Shown in pieces: positions 24,501 to 37,965 of a DNA stretch of 64,000 nt. Position 1 is the first letter of the stretch; each line of letters begins with the position of its first letter. The translations under genes and the position numbers were made by a program. The notes beneath the pieces were generated by a model. The model was given only the letters and a program-made list of their open reading frames with translations. It ran no database searches and was not told where the DNA came from. Source of the DNA: Vicugna vicugna (taxonomy: Eukaryota); contig MU058781.1 in the NCBI GenBank assembly GCA_013265495.1, positions 10,025,009 to 10,089,008 of the forward strand, written 5' to 3'.

Positions 24501-26379
24501 TGTCTGAAACCTCTTAAAAAAAAACTCACATAGATCCAGAAATAGAATCTAAGCTGCTGACTCGCAACAGTGGGTAACACTTCCTCTCTTCAGAATTATT
24601 GTTGTTAATAACCTTTTCACATAAACAACCTCCCGCTCCTTGAGGATGGATGAGATCACGCTCACAAGCCACCCACTATTTCCATAAGAAATGCTGCAGT
24701 CACGGCCCATGAGCTAATTCATAGAATGTTCATGCACCATAGTGGACACATGCACACATGCAATAACTCCTGTCCTAAATTCAGATTGTTTTGAGTTTGT
24801 TTTCTTAAACCAGGCTTTAGTTGAAATTCTAATTTCAAACTTTAGCCCACTATTTTTGCCTAAATTTCACACTCTTGTCCTTTTCTATTCCTGAGTTGTT
24901 CTTCCCTCCCTAAATCGAATCGTGAAAAACTAGACCATGGTAGAATGGATTGTTAATAGATTTTATAATTTAGCTATTATCACTTCCAGAAAGACTGTTC
25001 ATTCAACTAAGATGTATGATGGACATGAAATAGAATTTGGAAGGTTGAAAGTCATTCAACCTTGACTGTGAAAAAACTATCTGACAATTTAAAGTGAATT
25101 ACATCTGGTCTTAAAGAGGTAGAAAAGAAATGAATATTTTTAAGAGAAGAATACTTGCAAGTAGCATCTCAATATAAGTGATTGGTGCAATTTGTATATA
25201 TACCTTTTTCTGCCAAAATTCTTCTGAGAAAAGGAAATGGAAAAGCTGTGATAGTAAACAGAACTTGGCTCTTCAGAGACCAGCTGAAGTTATAGTCAAA
25301 AGGCACTTTGTCCATGTGTATGGCTTAGAAAAGACTGTTGGCGTACCCTGGGTTTTCAGTCAAGCTGGCGCAGGAGGGCAAAAGCCATTACCAGCTTCAT
25401 GTTTATATGTGAAAGAGGGTATTCTGGCTGCTTAGTTGGTAATCAGCAGTTCCTCATTCACCCCCTGGAACCTTTCCATGACAATGTTCCTGAAAATAGG
25501 AAAAAAGATGCAGTTTCAACAACCGTGGAAACTAGAAATGTTGGTCAAAAATGTGTCAAGCAGAAGTTGGAGAGTCAACTAAGGAAAGCTTAGCCTGGAG
25601 GCAGGATGGCAAAGCCATGCCTCTTCATAAGGTGGCGGATTTCCATCTGCGCAGACTCAGAGAGGCATACGTCTGCCTTTCTGCTTTGTGAAAGCTCCTC
25701 AGCATGGAAAGCAAACACGCTGTTCCACCCTTTGGCCCCTCTTCAGTCTTTAATGCATCTCTCAGCTCAGTATTCCTCAGGAATGAAACTCTGCCGAGGC
25801 CAGTATGGTCGTAGTAACCTTTTAGATCCAGATGTCGGAATACTTATTTCACCATTTGAGGCTGGTTTTTTTTTTTTTTTCAACGCAAGAAATACACACA
25901 ACTTGACTAAAGTGTACAGGCTAAGACTCTTCTTTGGTGATAAAATAATCACATCTTAAGACTGTGGGATTGTTCCTCAGGCCAACGGATCCGTACTAAA
26001 GACAACACAGAACCAGAAAGTTGACTGGGATTGGAAACATTCAGACCTCCTCTATCTTGAGATCTGTGAAAGGGTGATTCTGCCTGGGCTCAAATAAAAT
26101 TGATTAATACCAGCAGGTTGATTAATACCATTCTTTTCAAGGATAGAAGAGTATCTTTTCAAAACAAATCAGTATCATATGAAGTGATTCTACTATATGA
26201 AACAGAAACTATATAGCATCAGAAGAGAAGAACATATTTTGGAAACATTTCTAAATTTTAAAAAGTTTGTAAATTACTGTATTTGTATTCTAAAAATTTT
26301 AGGAAAACTAAATTCCTTCACGACAAACTAATCATTAAATCTTTAATATTTGCATTATTAAAATATTATTAAAATAGCC

Positions 26380-26625
26380 TGAGATAGAGAATGAATTGGA
26401 GAAACAAAATAAGACGGCATATATGACAGGGGCTGGAGTAGGGAGAATGGGGAGTTGTTGTTTAAAGGTTCCAAGTTCAACTTCAAAAGATGAAAAGAGT
26501 TCTGGAGACAGGTTGGTTACAGAACAATGTGAACTAGCGCATGTAATCTGCTCGCTTAAAAATGGTTATGTTGGTGAATTGTATGTTCCATGTATTTTAT
26601 CACAGTTAAAAAATTTAAAAAGAAA
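26380..26625 (+). mobile_element. Old L1 (L1MA/MB-type) 3' end
   Basis: GGGAGAATGGGGAGTTGTTGTTTAA...AAGATGAAAAGAGTTCTGGAGA...CTTAAAAATGGTTA...ATTTTATCACA with A-rich tail. Confidence 0.8.
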
Positions 26626-26719
26626 CATAATTAAATGTAAAAAGAAATAAATGAATTGGAAGAGGAGCAAGCTAAGTAACCGGAAATAAGAAAAGCTTAC
26701 TGTGCAGTTCGTTGAACGG

Positions 26720-26945
26720 GTTTTAGATTTAAAAATGCCTAATTATGTGTCCTGGTTCCACTGTTTTCCAACTCTTTGATCCTGAAAAAGTTAATCTCAG
26801 AAAGCCTTATTTTTTCACCTGTAGAAGAGATAATGATAGTACATTCTTCATAGGATTTCTGGAAAAAATTAATTGTGATAATATATTCAAAGTGTTTAAA
26901 TGGCATTTGGCATATAGTTAAGTGCTCATTAAATATTAATTAGTA
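26720..26945 (+). mobile_element. MIR SINE
   Basis: CACCTGTAGAAGAGATAATGATAGTAC...TGGCATATAGTTAAGTGCTCATTAAATATTA. Confidence 0.7.
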
Positions 26946-26999
26946 TTAATATATTCAAAAACTAAAATGTAATTGCAGATTGAAATGATTACTAGAAAT

Positions 27000-27870
27000 A
27001 ATAAAGAGCTGTATCAGCATTATAGAAAATTGAGCTTTTAATAATGAATAAATACTTGAGTGTTTATCTTAGAACACAGAAGGAAAAAATGAGGAAACGG
27101 AAACCATGAGAGAAAAGGTAATAGAATGTTAAAAAAAAAAACTTCAACATATACTTAACTGGTAGCATAATAAAGAAATGAAAGTAATAAATAAATTATA
27201 ATAGAAGCTGAATTTCCTAAGATAATACTTTAGTATGAAGAACAAATTATTCACCGGTCAGGTAAATGGAGAAAAACAGAAACAGGTTCACTTTTTTTTT
27301 TTTTTTCATGTACCTGTAGTTTCAACTTTTAAAGAAGTCTTAATTCCATCCAGGCAAAGCATAAAAAAAAAAAAAAAGTCACAACAAATCAAACAACAAA
27401 AGCCAGAATTGCTTCACAATTTTCTTCAGTAATGCAAAGTTCTAGAAACCAGTCAAGCAACATCAGGGCTCACAATCCCAAATGCCATCAGAAGTCAGGC
27501 AGGTTAACGCAAGAGAGTGAAGTAGCCTTAGTGCGTGAGATGGTGAATTGAAGATTGCTGGTTCAGACTAAAGGCAGAAGCTGCCACTCAACCCTCATTC
27601 TGTATTGCTATGTGCAAATGCTATTCCAAGACTGCCAACTGTTATAACCTTTTGAGAAAAGCCAGAAATGCGAATTTTTATGTGAAATCTCCAGATTTTT
27701 TTAAGCCATTAACAAATTCACATTTTCTGTTACTACTCTACAGGCTAAGAAAAACACATCAGCAGGCAATATGGTCTCTAAATTAATCCCTCGTCAAAAG
27801 TTCATGAAGAACAGAGCTTTATGAAAGGATTCCATTTCTAGCCAAGTTTTTATTCATGTGTAAGAGAAAA
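27000..27870 (+). mobile_element. Very old L1/HAL1 ORF1-like fragment, interrupted by MER102
   Basis: A-rich ORF1-like sequence continuing on both sides of the MER102. Confidence 0.5.
27464..27790. mobile_element. MER102 (hAT-Charlie)
   Basis: CAAATGCCATCAGAAGTCAGGCAGGTTAAC...GAAAAGCCAGAAATGCGAATTTTTATGTGAAATCTCCAGATTTTT. Confidence 0.75.
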
Positions 27871-29336
27871 ATATATTTTCATATCTTGGTCGTTTTTGTC
27901 CATTTCATAGGTAGTGCATCTTTTCCTATCCTTTTGCTTTTAGTATAATTCTTACATTTATGTAATGCATTTCTTTTAGGCAACATACAGTTATATCTTT
28001 TGTGATCTAGTCATATAATCTCTGCCTTTTAACTCAGGTTTACACCATTTAGATTTGATATGATTATATATCATATATTGATAGTCTATATCAGTATATA
28101 TATTGATAGTCTGTTATCAGATTGCTGCTTGTTTTCTGTTTGTCCCATCTGTTCTTTATTTTTCTGTTTTCTTTATTTTTCTTTATTTTCCTTTTGTTGG
28201 AGGATTAGTTATAACTATTTATTATGTTATTTTAGTGTTTACTTTAGGAGTTGAAGTACACGTCTTTAACTTACCACAGTCTACATTCAAGTGATATTCT
28301 ACAAATTCACGTATACTCTTAAGAAACTTAAAATGATGCATTTCTGCTTCTTCCCCTCCAGGCTTGGAACTGATGTGATTATACATTTTGCTTTGACATG
28401 TGTTATAAACCTTATTACACGTTGTTATTAATTTTGCTTTAAAAGGCAGATTCTCTTTTAAAGATATTTAAATAATTTTCTAATAAAGACTTACATGTAC
28501 CTACATAGTTATCCCCAGTGCTCTTGATTGCTTTCAGGTTTTGTATGTTTCAAAAGACTTTATTTAATCTTTGTTTTTGAAAGATATTGTCAATAGGTAA
28601 ATAATTTTGAGGTTGACAGTTTTTCTTTTAGTACTATTAGTTTGCATTACTTCCAATGAGAAATGATACTTATTTTTGTTCTTTTACATGAAATGTACTT
28701 TTTTCTCTGCTTCTGGCTGCTTTTAAGATTTTCTGTATTACTGATTTTAGGCAATTTGATTATAAATGTGACTTGGTAAAGTCTCTTTCATGTCACTTGC
28801 ACTTGAGGTTTATTGAGTTTCTTGGATCTGAGGAATATACAGTTTTCAGCAAATTCAGAAAAACTGCTGTGCCCATTATTTTTAAAAATACTCTGTTACC
28901 TCTGATTTCTTGTCTTTCTGCAACTCTAATCATCTGTACATTTGTTCAGAGCTCCTTGGTGCTACGTCCAATGTTTGTTTGTTTTGCCTTTATCTTTTAT
29001 ATCTTTCTTTCATATTAGGCGGTTTCTGTTGATATGTTTTCATTTTCACTAATCTCTTCCTATTCCTTATCTTTTCAACCATGAATCCCATTCAGTGAAT
29101 TTTTCATCTCAGATATAGTTTTTATCAGTATAAATTCAACTCATTTTTAAAAATATATCTTCTGTGTCTCTATATACCATGTTCAATCTCTCATCTAGTT
29201 TCCTGAACATAAAGAATACAGACATCATAGCTTTTTTAATGTTCTTGTCTACTAATTCTATCATTTGTGTAATTCTGGTTCTCATCAAATGTTATATTTA
29301 ACTTATTCTCTGCTTCTAGGACTCAGTTTTATATAT

Positions 29337-29480
29337 CAAGAATTGGTAAACTTTTTCTGTTTAAGACCAGATAGTAAATACTTCAGTGTTGTACAAGTCG
29401 TTTAGTGTGTTAACAACTGCTCAGCTGTGCCACTGCAGTGAGAATTCCATATACAATGTGTAAATAAATGGACATGACTT
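29337..29480. mobile_element. MER58A fragment (hAT-Charlie)
   Basis: TGGTAAACTTTTTCTGTTTAAGACCAGATAGTAAATA...CATATACAATGTGTAAATAAATGGACATG. Confidence 0.75.
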
Positions 29481-29943
29481 AGTGATAAATATATCTTCTT
29501 TTCCTAATGTTTCTTTTACCAGTACATAACATCCTTCTTGGCAGTAAATTATATTTGTCAGGTATAAGATTACTATGTCAATTCTCTTTTGGTTCATATG
29601 TGTTTGATACACCTTAATATTTTTTCTTTATACCACATATTTTTGACACTTTTTAAAAAATACATTATTAGAGTCTGCTTTTTAACTAAAATGTTTAACT
29701 CACTTTTATGGATAATACTAGATAGACATAACAACTATTATATTGGTAATTACTTTTCATGTAAACTTCACATTTTTTTCCTGCATCTATGCTTTCTATT
29801 TGATAGATTGTAATTTGATCTGCTGTTTAAAATTTATACATGGCATTTATTTATTTCATTATTATGACAGCTGCCCTCTACAAAGACCCCAAATCATGAC
29901 TATTTCCTTGTAAAAAAACAATCTTAAATGTGTACTATGTATA

Positions 29944-29966
29944 TACACACACACACACACACACAC
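29944..29966. repeat. (CA)n microsatellite
   Basis: Perfect dinucleotide run. Confidence 0.9.
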
Positions 29967-30162
29967 AGTAATTTTATGTATTTTTCTTCTAACAACAAAA
30001 GCAATGAACATAACTTTCCCAAAAGGACATTTTTCTTGACAAAACAACTGTATTAATTCACTGTCATCCCTCAGGTTGCCCACGACATCAAATTGAATCA
30101 TGTTGAAATTTATTTCTGAATTACTCTATACTATATATGTATTTCTCCATTTGCTCTTGATG

Positions 30163-30168
<6 letters not shown>

Positions 30169-30215
<47 letters not shown>
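30169..30215. repeat. Compound (CT)n(CA)n microsatellite
   Basis: Seen directly. Confidence 0.9.
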
Positions 30216-33200
30216 CCTCAGTCTTCAAGAACATCAGCTGTTACCGCTGTAGCTGATCATTTCAGTTATCGTATCTATTCTATCATCTTCTAGGTTTGTT
30301 TTCTTCTAATTTGATCACATCCTCTAAAATTGTTTTCACTTGGAGTACTTTTTCTTTCTTTTGCCTTCTATTTAACAGTATTCAGAATTTTCTCTCATAC
30401 TTTGATTTTCTTAAATTGAATTGTACTCTGTCTAGGTGTGGGGTTCATTGTCAGTCCTATTTGGCAATCAGTGGTCCTTTTAAATCCAAAATCTTTCATC
30501 TTTCTTTAATTCTGAGAAAAAGTCCCAAATTTTTGTACATCACATTTCCATTTGGAATTTCTTTTGTGGCTTATTGTTCTTATTTATATGGCTAATATCT
30601 TCTAATATTGCTATATTTTTATACTATTTTTAATTCTTAATCGGTTCTAATGCTTTTGCTTCAGATGGTGCTTGCTGTCCAGTTCATTCTTTCTGTTTTA
30701 GGTAATTGTAGGCACTGCTGTCCGGGTGTCTCGGTAAGTTCATACTCTCCTTGTGCATCAGCTGCTCTGTTTCAGCAGGATCTCTGAATTTCTGGAAGTG
30801 TGTTTTGGGTAATGGCCAGAGGCGAGGCTTCAGTCTGTGTGAATTTTGGTGAATTTTAAAAATAGAGGAGGGGTTAAATCCTTGGGCAGAGAGTCTGAGG
30901 CACCACAGACCCTCTGTGGATTCTGGGCTGTTAACTATCACTCCCACAAGGGTTTCATCTGATCAGTGATTCATGTCTCACTTTTGATGGTAACACAGCA
31001 ATGAGAGGAGGCAGTCTCCCTAGGCTGACATCCATCAGTGTATGGATATTGATGGGGAAGAGTGAATGCCCAGGGGCAGCTGGTCAGTCTTCACCTATTT
31101 TTAACAATTTGTCACTCAGGCAGGCTCTTTGTACTGCCTAGTATTATCTCAGAGAGCCCACTTTAGTGATCTGAGCTGCTGGAGAAGACTTCTGGTGAAC
31201 GGGAAGGTGATGATTGTCCAAAGACCATATAAAAGAATGGCAAGTGCAAACTGTAAAAGGCTCTTTCCACTTTTATCTCCTCAAGGACATCTTTGGAGCA
31301 TTTCCATGGGAGGATGCAAATCTTCTAAGGAGGATGCAGCCCCCTACTCTTTCATATGCAGACATCCATCAGCCTCTTCAGGGCCTTCTGTTAGTTACTT
31401 TATTTTATTTATTTATATTAGTTATTTTGGTTAGCATCTCAAAGATGTTTTCTTGTATTGATACCTTTACAAAATAGACTTTAAGGTTGATCTGAGGAAA
31501 TTGAGCCTACAGTATAAGTCATGTCACTGTCATGGCAGGAACTGGAGCCTTAAGGTCAATGGTTTAGTTAATTTTACAAGTAATTTGCATTTGTTTGTTG
31601 TTTATTCAGATAGTTTAAAATACTTCTCCCAGCATGGATTTATGTGCATATTTTTCTGCTCAAGGGTTCTTATATATTCATCAATACATGGACAATCCAT
31701 TATACTTTTAAGAGTTCTATGCCAAAAAGTGGTGTCCATTTCAATAAAAACTACACAGTTTAAATTCATGTCTTTTAAAGTGGAGGAAGATGGAAGAGTT
31801 TGAGCTGAGAAGGGTTCCTGTTCCTGGATCTCTAACTAAGAATAGGGCTCTCCTGCTAGTAGTTCAAGCTGACAAAAGGACAGATCTTAGTGTGAAAGGA
31901 GCTGAATTACATTTTACCTCCCTCCTTCAATTCAGGTGCATTTTCAAAATTTGAGATCAAAATGCAAAAATAAAAAACAAATTAAAATGCAGAAATTACT
32001 ACTTGCATAAAATCTGGACAATTTTAACTCTAAACATTTCTAAAAACTCTTGTAAGATTGCGTGTTCTTTTTTTTTTTTTTTTGCAAGGGAGGTGGAATG
32101 GATAATTTGAATTACAAAAAAGCCTTGATAACCCCCCACACATCAATTTACCTGTGAACAAAAAGATTCACACTGAGAAAATGGGATTTGGGACTATTTG
32201 ATGAATTACTACAGACTACTTGAATATTCCATTAGCAAAATAATAGCTCGTTATGGAACCTCAGAAGAATGCGGTATAATTACAATAGTACTATCCTCCC
32301 TTAGGGGGGTTGGGGGAGGAATGCAAATGTTAAAAATGATAGCTATTTAACCAATGCTAGGGAAAAATGCCTCAAAACAAACTGAGAGGGTAAATGACTT
32401 CTGGAATTCAGTGAAGTTTTTGTAGTTTTCACCAGCTTGAATTAGTTGACTGTGTTCTGCCAAGTGGAAGGGTTATTTGCCTTCTTGGACTCATGTAAAT
32501 AACATATTCATGCACACCTCGTGTGCTAGTGATGATAGAATTGCCTTACTCTCTTACATTTTTCTGTAAACCACGCCTGGATATGTTGGAGGGGTGGCAG
32601 CATGTTCATACCCTCAGTACGGGGTGAGAAAATTCTGAGAAGTTGACTGTTGACCAGAAGGTAGGTGATGATAAGAGGAAGAAGGATGGAAAGAAAGAAT
32701 GGAGGACAGGGTGAAGGGGGAAAGAGAAGGAATAAGGAAATGATTAAAGAAGCCTAATGTCTAATAACAGAAATATGGTAACTTCTGTCAGAGACCTGAA
32801 GTACAAAATACTAACTTAGTAAAATCCTCCAAGTTCAAGAGCTAAAGGATTTATAGCAAGTGCCCTTGTCTTGCTACTAAACTAAAATGATGATATATAA
32901 ATGAATAAACAAAACTCTTTTTTCTTTAAGAATTCAGCTTAATTTTTCAGGTCTGAGGTTGTTAACTGATATTCAATAAACCACGTGGGGAAAGCTAAAC
33001 TGTGCTAACCAAGTCATTAAAAATCTCAAAGTTAAAAAGTTACTTTAAGATAATAAAAGGTATAATTATTAACTTCAGCTAGGGGAACACAAATAAGGGG
33101 AAAGAAGACTGAACTCAACCTGTGGTTTTATTTTTTATTTTTTGTCTTTTGGAAAGCTGACATATTTGTCTCAATTTAGGAAATTTGCAAAATATTTCAA

Positions 33201-34589
33201 GGCAAGAATTTTACAGTGAGTGTTATGCTCAACGAGCAGGAATATTCATACCTAAACCACATTGTTATGTTTAAGATCACTCAGTTGAACATGAAGTTTG
33301 TAACGGCCCCAAACTCTCCATGTGGTGTACATTTGAAAGAAATGTGAACTGTCCGGTCTCCATCCTGTTGTAAAGATCACCGGAGGCACAGTCTGCCTGC
33401 AGAATCAGTAAGAAGAAACATGTGCATAGTCAGAACAACAACACAGAACAGCTGTGCTTGTCGGCAAGCCTGCAATACTTTATTCAAATATCCACACTGA
33501 TAGGATGAAGACAGAACCTTAACACATTTATTCACTGCCACGCTGTCAAAGCCAGAATAGATGACCACTCAACAGATCTCTGCTAAATGAACAATACAAT
33601 AAAGAATGTATGAAATTGCATGTTACAGTACCACTGTACATATATTTTCAATCTATAGCTACCTTCCACAAATTAGTACTGTTTGTACTCATGATGGTAA
33701 TCAGTGGCATGGATAGTCCAAAATCAGGACTATTTAAATTTGGAAAGTGTTTAGGGACAAATGCTTTAACTTTCTAAAAGATGATTTTTATGGACTCAAT
33801 TAAAATATCCCCCTAGTTCTTCAATACATATTGGTAGCAGTGTGATGGGAAAAGTGACTAGGAATATAAGGAAATTCGATTCCTTTGAGTAATCTATAAA
33901 CAGAAAACCAAAAGTGACTAGTTTAGCATTCATCTGCAATAATATTACCCAGAGGTGCAAGAAGTCAAGTTTTATAATATTTAGTAATTTTCCCAGAATG
34001 TATATTTTTCTTATCCTTGGTTGAAATTATTCTAGAAGAATGAGGTTCCGGTTCTGGGTAACACAGAGAAAGCACTCCTTGTCTCCCCGATGGAAAGCAG
34101 GTGTAAGATCCAGATAGCAGGTAGGGAGCAGCTGTTTGTGGGCCCTGTAAAAGAAATAGTAGCGGGAGGACTGGGGATGAGGTACGCATGTCCAGGACTC
34201 CTGGACCCCGCAGTGAGTGGTCCTTTTTTGTCCCTCTGATATTCCCTGGCCTGGACCTAACATAGCCAGCACTCTGGAAGTGAGCACTACCAGTGCAGTC
34301 AGAGAAAGTTCCAGGAGAAACCTGGCTTGAAGAGTCACGAATAGGACTTAACAACTGTAAGAGTGAGGAGATCAACATCCTGCCTCCATTGTCCCTCCCT
34401 GCCCCCACGCCAGCCACTAGCTAATCCACGGCAGCACTGGGAGTTGCAGCCACGGAAGCCCACGGGAGACAGACTAACTGAGGTTTCCAGCAGCTCTGAT
34501 TACAAGAGGGCAGGGCTAATTCCCATGACTTTTTCTCTCTGTCCCCTGGCTGCTCTGCTCAGGATGCAGGCAGAATTTTTTGTAGGTGG

Positions 34590-36485
34590 TCCTTCACCAT
34601 ATTTGGGAAGTTTTCAGCATTGTTCCTTTTAGTTTTTTTTTTTTTTTCTTTGCAGGTCCACAGTTTTTTCTCTTCTCCTTCCGACACTATGATAATACAA
34701 GCATTAGACTTTTTGGTATTGTCTCACGGTTACCTGGTGCTCTATTCATTTGTTGTTTTCTTAATTTTTTTCCCTTTTTTCTTCATTGTTCGGATTGAAT
34801 AATATCTATTCAAGGGATCTTCAAGTTTGCTGACTCTTTCCTCTGCCACCTCCATTCTGATCCTTGAGACCATCCTATGAGATTTTTATTTCAATGATTA
34901 CACTTTTCAGTTCTAAAATTTCCATTTAGTTCTTCTTTATGTCTTCTATTTCTTTGCTGAGATTTTCTGTCTTTCCTCTTGTTTCAAGGATGTTTCTGTC
35001 ACTCTTTCTAGTTGGAGAATTTTTTGTAACTGCTTTCAAGTTCCTGGTAGATAATTCGAAAAACTCTATCATCTCAGATTCTTTTCCTATGCAAGCTAAG
35101 ATTTTCCAGGTTTTATGTATGGCAAGTAATTTTGTGTTACATTGTGGACATTCTGAATATTACATTGCATCTCTGGGTCTAGTTGAAGCCCTACAGAGAA
35201 TGTTGATACCTTTGCTTTAGCAGCCATCAACTTGATTGGGTTTAAGTCACATTTTGACCAGATTTCTTTGGGTTGTGGTCCCAATGTCAATTTGGTTTTA
35301 AAGTCCTTTACAGTGCCGTTCAAATTTGTCCTGTATGTTCTTCAGGCAGCCAGCCAGTCTGGGATTTGGGCAACAGACTATTTCAATGTTTCTTCTCAAA
35401 GTCTATGTGTGCTGTTTAGATTCAGATCCACACTGGTGCGGATCAGGTGAAGACAGGAATTCATGTACTGTGGACAAAACTGCATATACCTGGTTTCTCT
35501 GAAAGCTTTTCATTTAGCAGTCTAAACAGTCATTTAACTTGCTTTCAAGCTCTTCCCTCTCCTGCTATCTCCCTGGTAATTCCTTGTTCCTTCAGATTCC
35601 TCTTTTTCACTCCTATAGCCTGAAATACATTCTGCTTTAGTACATCCTGCTCAGCTGCCCACTTTCCTTGACTGCACCCACATCCTGATCAGGGGGGTGA
35701 GTGAGCAGGAGGGGAAGGAGAAATGGGAAAGGAGGATGAGTAGGGGAAGTAACTGAGATGGGGGGAGCTCCTTCCCTTTGTTTGGAGGGGAAGATTTTCT
35801 TCCTTCAAAGCTATGGGGTCCTGCTGGGTCTGGCTGCTGTCATTGCCACCACTGCTCTAAAATCACTTGGAGGCTGAGGCACTAAAGAATGGAACAAAAG
35901 GGGGGAAAAAGAAGAAAAACAGATTTCCATACTCTCTCTGAGCATTAGGAGGCCCCCCCTCTCTTTTATGAACAGAATATTTATTGTTCTGTGCATTTCT
36001 TTTATGCATTTGAACTTGAGGGTAGAGAGATAAGAGCAAAATATGGATTAATTTCACCTCTAAAGTTAGGAAATCTGAGATTTTAGTAGCGACTTTCACA
36101 CACCCAGTTATTGCCAAGTCCTGACCACTGGGCTGACATTAAGGCACCATTAGAGTCACTAGGGCAGAGAGGCAGCTGGCTATACATAGACAGTGCAGCC
36201 ATCAACTAGAGTGCTTTCTCCTAGGTTTCTGTGTGTGCCAGGGCCCCTTCCAGTTCACGGGCCATCTTGAATTCAGGCCATGGAACTCTGGAGGGGAATA
36301 AAATTGGTGAACTCACTGTCTGTTTGGTGGTACTTTCAATTTTGGTCTTCTTATCCAACCCCCTTACCTCTGTTTTCTTTTCAACATCCTCAAATAGCTG
36401 CTCCATGCACATTCTTTCCAGGTGTTAAAGCTGCATTCAGTAGGACAGATGGATTGGAGTGTGCTTAGTCCATCTTAGCCAGGAA
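34590..36485 (-). mobile_element. Old L1 (L1M4-type) 5' UTR and 5' part of ORF1
   Basis: TTTGGGAAGTTTTCAGC, TTTTCAGTTCTAAAATTTCCATT, TCTATTTCTTTGCTGAGATTTTCT; 5' terminus-like GTGTGCTTAGTCCATCTTAGCCAGGAA. Confidence 0.75.
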
Positions 36486-37221
36486 TGAATGAATCTCTCT
36501 CTCTCTCTCACCTCATTCTCTCTATCCAGCTGTCTGTTTATCTCTGTGTCTCTGTCTTTCTGACTTGCTGGCTAGTTATCTCTGTTGGGTTAGCTTAGAT
36601 GCTTGCCTCTAAACTTAAAGAGGTGATGAACATTTTTTTTTTTTGCAGCCCTATTAAATGTTTGGGTTAAAGCTTCTTAACCCAAAAGCTAGTTTCATGA
36701 TTCCTTGGTATAAGATACTCAAGGTGTATCGAGGTGCTTTAGGAAATGAGTTAAATATGGTGCACACATGTCCAGTTATATATATTTTTTCAAACTACCA
36801 TAAAGGTAAAAACTTAGACCCATAATGAACTTTGTTATTCTGTGTGAATTCATGATTTAAGGGATCTGGCATACTGAACTGTCTTCCCACCACAAGCTTG
36901 AATCCCCTTGGTAGTATCTTTGCTAAGTGGCCATCATTCTGGGATGAATCAAGAAATACTATTTTCTAAGGCAGTTCAGTTTGATTACTATAAAATTCTT
37001 TTCTAAACTGAGGCCAAATCAGGTTTTCTAGATTTTCCACCCATGTTTCACTTTTTCTATCTTTTGGAAGCTTAAAGAAGAGCGTTTTAAAAAAGGATCT
37101 ATTTAATTTTTTTCCAAACAAGAAAGCCTTTTAAATATTTGAACACAGCTTAGCTTTCCCCACCTACACACTCCTGGTTTCTCTGAAAGCGTTTCATTTA
37201 ACAGCCGATGGCCATGTTTCC

Positions 37222-37264
37222 CTGGGTGGTCTGCAAACCATCTGGGTGGTCTGCAAACCATCTG
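37222..37264. repeat. Perfect 20-bp tandem duplication
   Basis: CTGGGTGGTCTGCAAACCAT x2 + CTG. Confidence 0.95.
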
Positions 37265-37353
37265 TTGCAGAATCTTCTGAGGTTCCTATTAAAAAATGCC
37301 GAGCTTTAGGTTTCACCTCAGATGTACTGAATCAGAATGTCAAATTGGAGAGC

Positions 37354-37965
37354 TGTTGCTCTGTTTTGTGGGAGTTGGGCCCCAGCTGGGCCCCATGGCA
37401 GCCTCCTCTGCAGTCCTTTCAACTGAGTTTTCTATGCCCATCAAGTGAATACCAGTGGGGAACTCATCCTTAGAATTTTAAAAGTGCTTTAAAAATATTT
37501 CCAGAAATTGGCAAGGGATTTCTGCATTCTCTGATGGATGATAAAATTTATAGCAAGCAATGGAGTGACAATCATGTTCTCTGAGAGTCTGAGGTACTGA
37601 AGCTACAAGTTTAAGTGGCTCTGTTTGGGTCAAGGAGGCTAATTAGGGAGAAGAAACTAGAGGTGTGAGGTTTGGTAAAGTGACCGTTGCTGTGATATTC
37701 CATTTGAGCTCACAAAGTAAGTTGGCAGAGTCTACTTCTCTGTCGGGGGAAGGAAGGAAAAGTGGGGTTCTAATTCTTTCTTTGTGTCCTGATAGAAATC
37801 CTTTTGTACAAGTGTTGATCCTCAGCCACAAAGAAGTGGCAGCTTCCTGGGAAGAGGGGTTTTTAGCCCCGTCTCCCATTACTGTAGATTCAACTGAGAG
37901 CTAGAAGCAAAACACCAACGACTGGGTTCCCTGTGTAGAGATTATGGTTTAGCTCGTCTGGAATA
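37354..37965. mobile_element. Unclassified ~610-bp insertion, probably an ERV solo LTR
   Basis: Interrupts MER5A; starts TGT, ends ATA (decayed ACA); 4-bp TSD GAGC / AAGC. Confidence 0.55.

Larger units (their letters stand above)
27890..30700 (-). mobile_element. Cluster of old antisense L1 (L1M4/MC/MD/ME or HAL1) fragments
   Basis: T-rich antisense ORF1/spacer-like sequence, e.g. ATAATCTCTGCCTTTTAA, CTGGCTGCTTTTAAGATTTTCT, TTTTTCATCTCAGATATAG. Confidence 0.6.

Noticed and set aside
32140..32170. Minus-strand CTTTTTGTTCACAG|GTAAAT recursive-splice-like motif, and other isolated acceptors (1626, 44808, 46373, 54561, 58547)
   Set aside because: Weak or unpaired signals expected by chance in AT-rich DNA; no open, recognisable coding frame
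33965..34417. 150-aa minus-strand ORF
   Set aside because: No recognisable homology, non-ATG start, composition typical of a chance ORF
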